Below, piece by piece: positions 1-8,745 of a DNA stretch of 64,000 bases; within the stretch, counting starts at the first letter, position 1; each line of letters starts with the position of its first letter. This DNA comes from an uncultured Actinomycetota bacterium (GTDB lineage Bacteria; Actinomycetota; Aquicultoria; SKW223; CALKMS01). The position numbers and the translations under genes were made by a program. The stretch is taken from the NCBI GenBank assembly GCA_964426525.1, contig CAYRQL010000008.1, positions 149 to 64,148 on the forward strand. Direction: 5' to 3'. The notes beneath the pieces are model-generated. The model was not told the origin of the DNA. It saw only the letters and a program-made list of their open reading frames with translations, and did not search any database.

Positions 1-121
1 CCGCCTGGACTCAATGAATTGAGCCGGGACGGAAGATAAAATGTTAAAAGCAACTCAAGTCTTCCCCCAGGCGGAAGGCTTTTTAATTATGGGCTAAAAA
101 AAAGACAAAAAAGGGGGATAA

Positions 122-952
122 ATGAACACGACCGTTGCGACTTTGAGAGAGAAGAAGCAAAAAAATGAAAAAATCACTATGCTTACAGCCTACGATTATT
201 TAATGGCAAAGATTATTGATGAAGCGGGAATTGACTTGATTTTGGTAGGCGACTCTCTGGGAATGGTTGTTTTAGGCTATGAAACCACTCTTCCAGTAAC
301 AATTGAAGATGTTTTGTATCATACTAAGGCAGTTGCTAGAGGGGTAAAAAGTGCTATGGTTGTTGCTGATATGCCTTTTCTGACTTATCAGGCTGATAAA
401 GTTGAGGCTTTAAGAAATGCTGGCCGTTTTCTTCAGGAAGGGGGGGCTCAAGCTGTAAAAATTGAAGGCGGGGAGCTGATGGCTGAGACAGTCGATTTTT
501 TAACAAAAAGAGGTGTTCCAGTAATGGGACACATAGGACTCACCCCTCAATCAGTTAATCAGCTTGGAGGTTTTAAAGTTCAAGGTAAAGATATTAAACA
601 AGCACGCCAGTTAATTAAAGATGCTCAAATTTTAGAAGAAGCCGGGGTTTTTTCTATTGTTTTAGAGTGCGTTCCTTACCCTTTAGCAAAAATGATAACT
701 GAGAAAGTTTCGGTGCCGACTATTGGGATTGGAGCGGGTCCTTATTGCGACGGGCAGGTTCTGGTGATTCAGGATTTGTTAGGTTATTTTGAAGCCGCAG
801 CGAAGTTTGTCAAGAAATACACTGAACTTGGCAAAGAAATTAAACGGGCAGTGGTGGAATACATTGAAGAAGTGCAGAACGGAAAGTTTCCGACACTGGA
901 AAACTCCTATTCTTTAAGTCCTTCAGTTCTCGAGGAGCTGAAAAAAGGTTGA
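122..952 (+). CDS. panB: 3-methyl-2-oxobutanoate hydroxymethyltransferase (ketopantoate hydroxymethyltransferase)
   Basis: 276 aa. Full-length PanB-like sequence (LTAYD...VGDSLGMV...KIEGG motifs). RBS AAGGGGG upstream of the ATG. Confidence 0.9.
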   Translation: MNTTVATLREKKQKNEKITMLTAYDYLMAKIIDEAGIDLILVGDSLGMVVLGYETTLPVTIEDVLYHTKAVARGVKSAMVVADMPFLTYQADKVEALRNAGRFLQEGGAQAVKIEGGELMAETVDFLTKRGVPVMGHIGLTPQSVNQLGGFKVQGKDIKQARQLIKDAQILEEAGVFSIVLECVPYPLAKMITEKVSVPTIGIGAGPYCDGQVLVIQDLLGYFEAAAKFVKKYTELGKEIKRAVVEYIEEVQNGKFPTLENSYSLSPSVLEELKKG

Positions 953-1806
953 AAGTAATTAGAAGGATTTCAGATGTCCGTTCTTGCCTTAATAAAGAAA
1001 GGAAGGGAGGCAAGACCATTGGCTTTGTGCCAACTATGGGTTTTTTTCACCAGGGACATCTATCTTTGATGAAGTTAGCCAGAAAAGAAAATAATGTGGT
1101 AGTAGTTAGCTCATTTGTTAATCCAACCCAGTTTGGTCCGGGTGAAGATTACCAGATTTATCCGCGGGATGAAAAAAGCGATTGTCAAAAAGCTGAAGAA
1201 GTCGGCGTTGATTATTTTTTCGCTCCGGAAGTTCAAGAAATGTATCCTGAAACTAATTTAAGCTGGGTAGAGGTGGAAAATCTAAGTGAACCACTTTGCG
1301 GTCGTTTCCGACCCGGGCATTTTCGAGGTGTAGCCACAGTGGTAGCTAAGCTTTTCAATATTGTTCAACCTGATACTGCTTATTTTGGCGAAAAAGATTA
1401 TCAGCAGCTTTTAGTGATAAAAAAAATGGTTAAAGATTTAAACTTTTCCATCAAAATAATTGGCTGTCCGACAGTTAGAGAAGAAGATGGTTTGGCTATG
1501 AGTTCACGCAATTCTTATCTAACTTTAGAGGAACGGAAAGCAGCAAGTTTAATTCCTCAATCTCTGAGAAAGACAATTCAGGCGTTTGAAGACGGCGAAA
1601 GAGACGCTAAAAAACTTATAGATTTAGCTAAAAAACATTTAGTTTCGCCTTTGTTGAGTTTGGAGTATATTGAAGTTCGGGACCCTGAAACTTTAGAAGA
1701 GCTTCCAAGGGTAGAAAAAGAAGCTTTGTTTCAATTAGCGATTAAAGTTGGAAAGGCACGCCTTATTGACCATATAATACTAGGAAGGAACGAAACCTAT
1801 TTTTAG
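949..1806 (+). CDS. panC: pantoate--beta-alanine ligase
   Basis: 285 aa with the PTMGFFHQGH HIGH-type motif typical of PanC. ATGA overlap with the panB stop. Confidence 0.9.
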   Translation: MKVIRRISDVRSCLNKERKGGKTIGFVPTMGFFHQGHLSLMKLARKENNVVVVSSFVNPTQFGPGEDYQIYPRDEKSDCQKAEEVGVDYFFAPEVQEMYPETNLSWVEVENLSEPLCGRFRPGHFRGVATVVAKLFNIVQPDTAYFGEKDYQQLLVIKKMVKDLNFSIKIIGCPTVREEDGLAMSSRNSYLTLEERKAASLIPQSLRKTIQAFEDGERDAKKLIDLAKKHLVSPLLSLEYIEVRDPETLEELPRVEKEALFQLAIKVGKARLIDHIILGRNETYF

Positions 1807-1860
1807 TTTATTTAAAAAAATCGGCGGTTTTGAAAAATTTAATCTAAAAGGGAGGAAAAA

Positions 1861-2244
1861 TTGTTAATAGAGGTTTTAAAAAGCAAGCTTCATCGCTTAA
1901 AAGTTACATCGGCTGATATCCATTATCAGGGAAGTATTACCATTGACGAAGAACTTTTAAAAGTTGCCAAGATTTCTCCTTTCGAAAAAGTTCAAGTGGT
2001 TGATGTGACTAATGGGGCTCGATTGGAAACTTATGTAATAAAGGGTAAAGCGGGGAGCGGAATGGTGGTCATCAACGGAGCGGCAGCTCGGCTTGTTCAT
2101 CCTGGCGATATAATTATTGTTCTTTCTTATGCATTTTTAGACCAAGATGAAGCAAAAAAGCATCAACCATTGACGGTTTTTGTTGACGAAAAAAATCATC
2201 TTCTGGAAGTAAAAGTTTACCAACCAGAGTTTGACAGCTGTTAG
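1861..2244 (+). CDS. panD: aspartate 1-decarboxylase
   Basis: 127 aa PanD-like (pyruvoyl-dependent, GSITID motif). TTG start preceded by GGGAGG. Confidence 0.85.
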   Translation: MLIEVLKSKLHRLKVTSADIHYQGSITIDEELLKVAKISPFEKVQVVDVTNGARLETYVIKGKAGSGMVVINGAAARLVHPGDIIIVLSYAFLDQDEAKKHQPLTVFVDEKNHLLEVKVYQPEFDSC

Positions 2245-2332
2245 CGGACTCTAAATATCTTTTGCTTTATCTTTCTAACTTGTCACGTTGCTTTCTTTGA
2301 TGGAAAATAAGAAATCAATTTGAAGGGGAAGT

Positions 2333-3961
2333 ATGTTTTCTCGTTATTTAATTGGTTTTTCAACTACCAAGTTGAAATCGAGTTATTATGATGTGGTAAT
2401 AGTTGGCTCGGGAATTGCTGGCCTTTCAGCTGCTTTAGAAGTTGGCAAGAGCCAAAAAACTCTCTTAATAACCAAGGGAAACTTTACTGAAAGCTCTAGT
2501 TACGATGCCCAGGGCGGGGTTGCTGTTGCGTTGAGCCCAACCGACAGTTTTAAAAAGCATGCTGCCGATACTATTAAAGTTGGAGATGGTTTAAGTGATG
2601 AAAAAGTAGTAGAGATTGTTGCGAGAGAAGGAGTTGAAAAAATTAAGGAAATAATAAAAATGGGAGTTGATTTTGACCGTTTAGGTAGTGACTTCGATTA
2701 TTCTCTTGAAGGAGGGCATACCCAACCTCGGATAATCCATAAAGCTGACCAGACAGGTAGAGCAATCATTGAGGGATTAAAAAAACAGGTTGAGTCTTTG
2801 AAGTTGCTGGAAGTAAGAGAAAAAACAATGTTGGTTGAGGTGTTGACTATCTCTAATAGGGCAGTCGGAGCGTTAGTTTTAACACCTGACGAAAGATTAG
2901 AAATTATTTGGGCAAAGGCAGTTGTTTTAGCTTCTGGTGGTGTAGGCGAAGTGTATCTTTACACTACAAACCCGGCTGTTGCTACCGGAGACGGTATTGC
3001 CGCTGCGTTTAGAGCGGGAGCTGAAATAGCCGATATGGAATTTATTCAATTTCATCCAACAGCTTTGAACCAAAAAGAACATCGACGATTGCTTCTAACT
3101 GAAGCTTTAAGGGGAGAAGGGGCTTTTTTGGTAAATCAACTTGGCGAAAGGATTATGGATGGAACTCACTACTTAAAGGAGCTCGCTCCGCGATTTGTAG
3201 TTGTCAGAAAAATGATGGAAGAGCTAAAGAAAGGCAATAAGCTGTTTCTTGACTGTCGGCATCTTCCCGCTCAAAAGCTTAAAACAAAATTTTCCTTCAT
3301 CTGGCGAAATTTAAGTCAACTTGGTTTTAATATGACTAAGGATTTAATACCAATAAGCCCAGCAGCTCATTTTTGCTTAGGGGGAGTTAGAACTGATGCT
3401 TGGGGACGAACAAATATTGAAAGACTTTACGCTTGCGGTGAAGTTGCTGCAACTTATTTGCATGGCGCTAATCGATTGGCAAGTAATTCGCTTTTAGAAG
3501 GGTTGGTTTTTGGTTGGCGGATGGGAAAAACAATTAAAGAAAGTTTAGAAACTGATAAATCATCTTTTGCAGTTGAAGAGTTTAAAATCGGGCTTGAAGA
3601 AAAATCCCAAAAAATGAAAAATTTAGAACTATCAGAGCTTCGGGCTGAACTTGGAGAAGTGATGATGGAAAAAGCGGGACCGTTGCGAGAAGGAACTCAA
3701 CTAAGTGAACTAATTGAGTTTCTGAATTCTCGAAAAGAAATATTTTGCTCTGAACTTATTTCCAGGGATTTTTTCGAATTGGCAAACTTGTGGACAATTG
3801 CCTGGTTAATTAGTCGGGCGGCTTTAGAAAGAAGAGAGTCACGGGGAGTTCACTTTCGAGAAGACTTTCCTGAAAAAAATGACCCTGACTTTCTTGGACA
3901 TTTTGTTTGGAGGTTAAGCAAGGATGGCACTGAAGTGGAGTTTCATAGAAAAGGTTGTTAA
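2333..3961 (+). CDS. nadB: L-aspartate oxidase
   Basis: 542 aa. N-terminal FAD-binding GSGIAG motif. Fumarate reductase/L-Asp oxidase family architecture. Confidence 0.85.
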   Translation: MFSRYLIGFSTTKLKSSYYDVVIVGSGIAGLSAALEVGKSQKTLLITKGNFTESSSYDAQGGVAVALSPTDSFKKHAADTIKVGDGLSDEKVVEIVAREGVEKIKEIIKMGVDFDRLGSDFDYSLEGGHTQPRIIHKADQTGRAIIEGLKKQVESLKLLEVREKTMLVEVLTISNRAVGALVLTPDERLEIIWAKAVVLASGGVGEVYLYTTNPAVATGDGIAAAFRAGAEIADMEFIQFHPTALNQKEHRRLLLTEALRGEGAFLVNQLGERIMDGTHYLKELAPRFVVVRKMMEELKKGNKLFLDCRHLPAQKLKTKFSFIWRNLSQLGFNMTKDLIPISPAAHFCLGGVRTDAWGRTNIERLYACGEVAATYLHGANRLASNSLLEGLVFGWRMGKTIKESLETDKSSFAVEEFKIGLEEKSQKMKNLELSELRAELGEVMMEKAGPLREGTQLSELIEFLNSRKEIFCSELISRDFFELANLWTIAWLISRAALERRESRGVHFREDFPEKNDPDFLGHFVWRLSKDGTEVEFHRKGC

Positions 3962-4784
3962 AATGGCATTAGAGGAAGATTTAGGAGTTAGGGGAGACCT
4001 AACAACTACTGCCTTATTTACCGACGAAAGTTGGAAAGGTCAAGCAGCAATAATTGCCCGTCAGGAAGGAATTTTAGCTGGACAGGAGTTAGGAAAAGCG
4101 GTTTTCAAGGTTTTAGATGATAAGATAACGGTGGAGAACAAAGTAGAAAATGGTGAAGAGTTTCGGGTTGACCAACCAATTTTTTTAATTGAAGGAAGTT
4201 TGAAGACGATTCTTAAAGGGGAAAGAACAGCTCTTAATTTTCTATCTCATCTTTCTGGTATAGCAACCTTGACCAGGAAATGTGTCCGAGAAGTTGAACC
4301 ATTTGGGGTTATTATCAGGGATACACGAAAGACTCATCCCGGCCTTCGGTTGTTGGAAAAAGAAGCGGTGAAGATTGGAGGAGGAGTTAACCACCGCTTG
4401 GGACTTTTTGATGGGGTGCTGATAAAAGATAATCATTTGAAGGCTTTTGGGACTCTAAGTGAAGCAGTTAACAGAATAAGGAAGACCTTACCAGGTTGGG
4501 AAATTGAAATAGAAGTAGAAAGTCTTGAGCAGCTAAAAACTCTTTTACCAGAGCTTCCTGATGTGATTTTGCTTGATAACTTTAAAGATGAAGAAATAGA
4601 AGAGGCAGTAAGAATGCTAAAAGACCGGGCAAAAATTGAAATATCAGGCGGAGTTAGTCTTGAACGTTTGAAAAAAATTGCTTCCCTTGGAGTTGATTAT
4701 ATTTCACTTTCCGCCATAACGATGTCTGCTCCGCCAATTGACTTCTCTCTGGAAGTGACAGAAGTTCAAAGAGGCAAAGACTAA
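3924..4784 (+). CDS. nadC: nicotinate-nucleotide pyrophosphorylase (quinolinate phosphoribosyltransferase)
   Basis: 286 aa, typical NadC sequence. 38-nt overlap with nadB. Confidence 0.9.
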   Translation: MALKWSFIEKVVKMALEEDLGVRGDLTTTALFTDESWKGQAAIIARQEGILAGQELGKAVFKVLDDKITVENKVENGEEFRVDQPIFLIEGSLKTILKGERTALNFLSHLSGIATLTRKCVREVEPFGVIIRDTRKTHPGLRLLEKEAVKIGGGVNHRLGLFDGVLIKDNHLKAFGTLSEAVNRIRKTLPGWEIEIEVESLEQLKTLLPELPDVILLDNFKDEEIEEAVRMLKDRAKIEISGGVSLERLKKIASLGVDYISLSAITMSAPPIDFSLEVTEVQRGKD

Positions 4785-4785
4785 A

Positions 4786-5397
4786 GTGCTGGATTTACTT
4801 TCGAGCCTTTTTCAAAGCTATGGTTATTTATTGGTTTTTTTAGTTTTATTTTTAGAAAATCTGATTCTTGTCGGGCTTTTTTTCCCCGGTGATGTTGTGC
4901 TTCTTTTGGCTTCTTTTTTAGCTCGAGAAAGTGGTTTAAGTCTTTATAAATTAATTGCGGTTGCTTCATCGGGTGCTTTTTTCGGTAATTTAGCTGGCTA
5001 CTTATTAGGGAGATGGAAAGGCGAGTTAATTTTTACTTTTTTGCCCTTTTCTGAAGAAAGCCTTGAAAAGTCGAAAAAGTTTTTTGCCCAACACGGGAAT
5101 AAAGCGGTTTTTCTAGCTCGTTTTGCGGCCGGGATTCGAACTTTTATGCCAACCCTGGCCGGAGCTCATCAACTTTCTTTTTTTTCCTTTGCTCTATATT
5201 CGCTGGCGGCTATCTTAATTTGGGTAAGTGCAATTTGTTCTCTTGGTTTTTATTTTGGTCAAAACCTTGACTTGATAATAAAATTGGTCAAGCGTTCTGG
5301 CTATGTGGGTCTTTTAATTTTTGTGATAGTTTTAGTTTTGGGAGGTTGGTGGCAAAATAAAAGACAGGATTCTCAAAAGCTTAAGAGAAAGCAATAG
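4786..5397 (+). CDS. DedA/SNARE-associated family membrane protein
   Basis: 203 aa, multi-TM. DedA-like FFPGD motif. GTG start. Confidence 0.7.
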   Translation: MLDLLSSLFQSYGYLLVFLVLFLENLILVGLFFPGDVVLLLASFLARESGLSLYKLIAVASSGAFFGNLAGYLLGRWKGELIFTFLPFSEESLEKSKKFFAQHGNKAVFLARFAAGIRTFMPTLAGAHQLSFFSFALYSLAAILIWVSAICSLGFYFGQNLDLIIKLVKRSGYVGLLIFVIVLVLGGWWQNKRQDSQKLKRKQ

Positions 5398-5428
5398 TTA
5401 TGTTTCCGGAGTTGAGCTTGGCTTAAAC

Positions 5429-6316
5429 TTGGGTATTTCCCGCGCAGCCTTACACAAGCATATTTCGCAGCTTAAAAAATTAGGTTACGAAATTGAAGCT
5501 GTTCCAAATCGAGGTTACTGTTTAAGAAAAGCTCCTGATGTGCTTTTTGATTTTGAGATTAAGTCCCTGCTTAATACAAAAATTTTTGGTTCTGAAGTTT
5601 ATTACTTTCCAAAAATTACTTCGACCCAGGATTATTGCTGGAGTCTGGGGGAAAGCGGGCATTCAGAAGGAGCTCTGGTGGTTGCCGAAGTTCAAACCAA
5701 AGGTCGAGGAAGGTTAGGAAGGGAATGGGCATCGCCGGAAGGCGGGTTATGGTTTTCCCTTCTTCTTCGTCCAGAAAAAATTGGTTTTGAAAGTTTAGGA
5801 CTTTTACCCCTGATAGCCGCGCTGGCAATGGTTAAAGTGGTCCAAAAAGAAACAGAAATGAAAACCGGCATAAAGTGGCCTAATGATTTGATAATAAGGG
5901 GAAAAAAGTTTGGCGGTGTTTTGACTGAAGTCCAAAGCGAGTTAGAAAGAGTTCACTTTGTTCAATTGGGTATTGGTTTGAATGTTAACAACAGGCCACC
6001 ATCAGAAACAATTTATCCGGCTATCTCTCTTTGGGAAGCGACTGGAAAAAAGTTTAGAAGGGCTGAGATTCTGGTGAATTTTTTATTGTTGTTTGAAGAG
6101 TTTTACCTTTTGTACATAAAAGGAAAAGTAAGACAGCTCTTGAAAAAAGTTGAACAAAAACTAATGTTTAAAGGAGAGGAGGTAGTGTTGAGAACTCATC
6201 AGGAATTGAATAAAGTCCAGATTGTTGGAATAGATAGTTTTGGTCATTTGGTAGTCAAAAAAAGGGGCAAGACCTTGAGGCTGGCTAGCGGGGAAATTGA
6301 GCCACGGAATTTTTAG
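5429..6316 (+). CDS. birA: bifunctional biotin--[acetyl-CoA-carboxylase] ligase / biotin operon repressor BirA
   Basis: BirA catalytic core (GRGRxGREW, KWPND). The N-terminal HTH (SGVELGLNLGISRAALHKHI) begins in-frame upstream of the first canonical start, so the true start is probably at or before 5357. Confidence 0.85.
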   Translation: MGISRAALHKHISQLKKLGYEIEAVPNRGYCLRKAPDVLFDFEIKSLLNTKIFGSEVYYFPKITSTQDYCWSLGESGHSEGALVVAEVQTKGRGRLGREWASPEGGLWFSLLLRPEKIGFESLGLLPLIAALAMVKVVQKETEMKTGIKWPNDLIIRGKKFGGVLTEVQSELERVHFVQLGIGLNVNNRPPSETIYPAISLWEATGKKFRRAEILVNFLLLFEEFYLLYIKGKVRQLLKKVEQKLMFKGEEVVLRTHQELNKVQIVGIDSFGHLVVKKRGKTLRLASGEIEPRNF

Positions 6317-6363
6317 AACGATGACCTCCTCTTTTCATATTTACGAGCTGATGACTTTTTTTT

Positions 6364-6473
6364 GATTGCTACGAGCGAAGAGAAGCAATCCTGTTCTTTA
6401 AGGAAAGAGACAATCTCTGAGATTGCTTTGTCGCTTCTCTGCTTCCGCTTACGGCCGACAAGCGCAATGACAT
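6364..6473. repeat. palindromic repeat element (inverted copy) with terminus GCGCAATGAC and an internal GATTGCT/AGCAATC hairpin
   Basis: Its reverse complement aligns with elements at 6699-6779, 27400-27437, 62368-62444 and 62759-62835. Confidence 0.6.
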
Positions 6474-6478
6474 TTTTT

Positions 6479-6693
6479 AATCCCCCTTAGTCCCCCTTAC
6501 AAACAAGGGGGAAAACATGAGAACTTATAAGTAAGGGGGAAAATTAAACTCCTCCCTTTTCTAAAGGGAGGTTGGGAGGGATTTTCAATCCCCCTTAATC
6601 CCTCTTATTCTAAGGGGGAAAACATGAGAACTTATAAGTAAGGGGGAAAATTAAACTCCTCCCTTTTCTAAAGGGAGGTTGGGAGGGATTTTC
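6479..6693. repeat. tandem direct repeat, two copies of about 108 bp (6479-6586 and 6587-6693)
   Basis: The two copies are near-identical. Each unit carries C5/C5/G5/G5 tracts forming nested hairpins, a CCTCCCTTT/AAAGGGAGG hairpin, and an SD (AAGGGGG) plus a 5-codon mini-ORF ATGAGAACTTATAAGTAA. Confidence 0.8.
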
Positions 6694-6698
6694 TTTTT

Positions 6699-6779
6699 GT
6701 CATTATGAGCAAGCCGTAAGGCGAGCGTGGCAATCTTTAAGATTGCTTTCTCTTCTCTGCGGCTGTCGCTCGCAATGAC
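6699..6779. repeat. palindromic MITE-like element with 12-bp terminal inverted repeats GTCATTATGAGC / GCTCGCAATGAC and an internal GCAATCT/AGATTGC hairpin
   Basis: Termini are reverse complements of each other (10 of 12 positions). Same family as 62368-62444. Confidence 0.65.
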
Positions 6780-6817
6780 GCTTTCTTATGGCTGCGAAAT
6801 GAAGAATATCCTAATGT

Positions 6818-6863
6818 GTTGACAGCATTTGCACTTTAAATTAAACTAATTTAAATTGTCAAC
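6818..6863 (+). promoter_or_regulatory. bioY promoter region containing inverted repeat GTTGACA-N32-TGTCAAC (candidate BirA operator)
   Basis: TTGACA at 6819-6824 followed 17 bp later by TAAACT. The 7-bp perfect inverted repeat lies immediately upstream of bioY and directly downstream of birA. Confidence 0.35.
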
Positions 6864-6888
6864 CATTTAACTAAGGAGGTTTACAATT

Positions 6889-7419
6889 ATGACTGCGAGA
6901 AGGATAGCTTATATTTCAGTTTTTGCCGCCTTGACCGCAGTTGGAGCTATGGTTTCCATACCACTTCCTTTTTCTTCAATTCCCTTCACTTTGCAAGTTC
7001 TTTTTGTTTTATTGTCTGGCCTGGTTTTAGGTCCGGTTGATGGAGCTCTTTCCCAGATAGTTTATCTCTTGATGGGGGCAGTTGGTTTGCCAGTATTTGC
7101 TGGTTTTTCCGGCGGTCTGGGAATAATATTAGGCAAGAGCGGCGGCTATTTAGTTGGTTTTGTTTTTGCTTCTTTTTTTGTAGGGTTGTTGGGAAAAACA
7201 ACTAACTTTGTAAGGCTTTATTTAGTTTCCGTTTTAGGTCTTTTACTAATTTATCTTTTTGGGGCTCTCCAGTTAAGCCTGGTGATGGCTTTGGGATTTA
7301 AAAAAGCTGTAATTGTTGGAGTTTTACCTTTCATTCCCTTCGATTTAGTTAAAGCAGCTATGGCTGTTTTTGTCGCTCTCAGACTGAGAGGAACAGGCGT
7401 AATCAAGACCCAGAAATAG
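6889..7419 (+). CDS. bioY: biotin transporter BioY (ECF transporter S component)
   Basis: 176 aa, 5-6 TM helices, BioY-like sequence. RBS AAGGAGG. Confidence 0.9.
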   Translation: MTARRIAYISVFAALTAVGAMVSIPLPFSSIPFTLQVLFVLLSGLVLGPVDGALSQIVYLLMGAVGLPVFAGFSGGLGIILGKSGGYLVGFVFASFFVGLLGKTTNFVRLYLVSVLGLLLIYLFGALQLSLVMALGFKKAVIVGVLPFIPFDLVKAAMAVFVALRLRGTGVIKTQK

Positions 7420-7423
7420 CTGG

Positions 7424-7446
7424 AAACTAAGTTTTAGTTTTTGTTT
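7424..7446 (+). terminator. weak AT-rich hairpin (AAACTAA-gtt-TTAGTTT) followed by a T-run, downstream of bioY
   Basis: Stem-loop plus TTGTTT tract 5 nt after the bioY stop. Confidence 0.3.
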
Positions 7447-7507
7447 AACCTTATCGAATTTAACAACAAGCGTTGCTTCTTGATAAAGAAAAATGAAATA
7501 ATAAAGT

Positions 7508-8272
7508 ATGTTATTGGCAATTGACGTTGGCAATACTCAAACTACTCTTGGAATTTTTGACGGTGATAACCTCGCTCATACCTGGCGTTATTCAACCAAT
7601 AAGGATGAAACTGGCGATGAACTGGCTGTAACCATCCAAGGACTACTTTCCCTGGCCAGTTTAAGTTTTTCTTTAATTGATGGGCTGGTGGTTTCCTCGG
7701 TGGTTCCTAATTGCACACAAGCCTTAATTGAGCTGGCGAAAAACCATCTAACATTTGAACCTTTAATAGTCAAACCAGGTGTCAAAACTGGGCTTTCTAT
7801 TATTTATGAGAACCCTCTGGAAGTTGGGGCTGACCGCATTGCTAATGCAGTAGGAGCTAAAGAGCTTTTTGGAGCTCCGGCTATTGTTGTTGACTTTGGC
7901 ACGGCAACTACTTTTGATGTTTTGTCGCCGGCTGGTGAGTATCTGGGTGGAGCAATTGCTCCTGGTGTTGAAGTTGCGGCTGAAGCTCTTTTTACCCGGG
8001 CTGCTCGTCTTTCGCAAATTGAACTGACCGCACCTCCAAAAGTGGTTGGACGCAACACCCAACATAGCTTGCAATCCGGTATTTTGCATGGTTTTGCTGC
8101 TTTGGTGGACGGCATGGTAAAAAAAATTCAGCAAGAAAACGGGTTTGAAAGTAAAGTTATTGGCACGGGTGGATTAGTATTTCTAATGAAGCCACTTTGC
8201 CAGACTATTCAGTGGGTAGAACCTGATTTGACCTTGTGGGGTTTAAAGTTTATTTGGTCGAAGAACGCCTAA
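7508..8272 (+). CDS. coaX: type III pantothenate kinase
   Basis: 254 aa. N-terminal LAIDVGNT motif. Acetate/sugar kinase fold typical of CoaX. Confidence 0.9.
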   Translation: MLLAIDVGNTQTTLGIFDGDNLAHTWRYSTNKDETGDELAVTIQGLLSLASLSFSLIDGLVVSSVVPNCTQALIELAKNHLTFEPLIVKPGVKTGLSIIYENPLEVGADRIANAVGAKELFGAPAIVVDFGTATTFDVLSPAGEYLGGAIAPGVEVAAEALFTRAARLSQIELTAPPKVVGRNTQHSLQSGILHGFAALVDGMVKKIQQENGFESKVIGTGGLVFLMKPLCQTIQWVEPDLTLWGLKFIWSKNA

Positions 8273-8274
8273 AG

Positions 8275-8643
8275 TTAAATCGAGTTTCTGTTTTGTTCTT
8301 GTTGAGTTCTTTTTTTGAGTAAGCGGGAAAGCAGTTTTAGTCTAAAGATGCGATTATTCATCTTGACCAGGAAGTCATCTAAAAACTTACGGTTTTCGGT
8401 ATTTGATGCTAAAAAATAAACTTCACCCTCATCAGTTTTTCTGCTGGTTAAAAAAGAAATTTTAGAGAGATATTTCAACTCTTTTTGAACTTCTTCGTCT
8501 TTCCTACCCAGTCGACGGGCAATTCCTTCAGAAGTATCAAAGGCACCAGGGTTGCGGGCGAAAAAAACTATAATATCCCAGGCTATAAAAGAAACGATAT
8601 ACTTGTTAAGGAGTTCATCCATTTTATTGTTGTTGAAAACCAA
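8275..8643 (-). CDS. small winged-helix (MarR/PadR-like) putative transcriptional regulator
   Basis: 122 aa with a predicted wHTH (EGIARRLGRKDEEVQKELKYL...wing). Transcribed divergently from the downstream 3-gene operon. Confidence 0.5.
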   Translation of the reverse strand: MVFNNNKMDELLNKYIVSFIAWDIIVFFARNPGAFDTSEGIARRLGRKDEEVQKELKYLSKISFLTSRKTDEGEVYFLASNTENRKFLDDFLVKMNNRIFRLKLLSRLLKKRTQQEQNRNSI

Positions 8644-8745
8644 CGCTAACCTTCCCCAATTAATGTTGTTTTATTATAGGAAAAGATTTCTGGAAATTCA
8701 AGCAATAAAAATCTGATTGTTTTTTAGCTTAACAAGTGGTTTAAT

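Noticed and set aside
6479-6693. Possible CRISPR array from the regularly spaced C5/G5 repeats
   Set aside because: There are only two near-identical 108-bp units (plus degenerate copies at 62536-62755), with no unique spacers, no cas genes, and a repeat length far above CRISPR norms. This is a tandem repeat, not CRISPR.
6479-6693. G-quadruplex formed by the four G5 runs per locus
   Set aside because: G-runs are separated by 25-80 nt and each is flanked by a complementary C5 run, which favours hairpins. Loops are too long for a stable G4.
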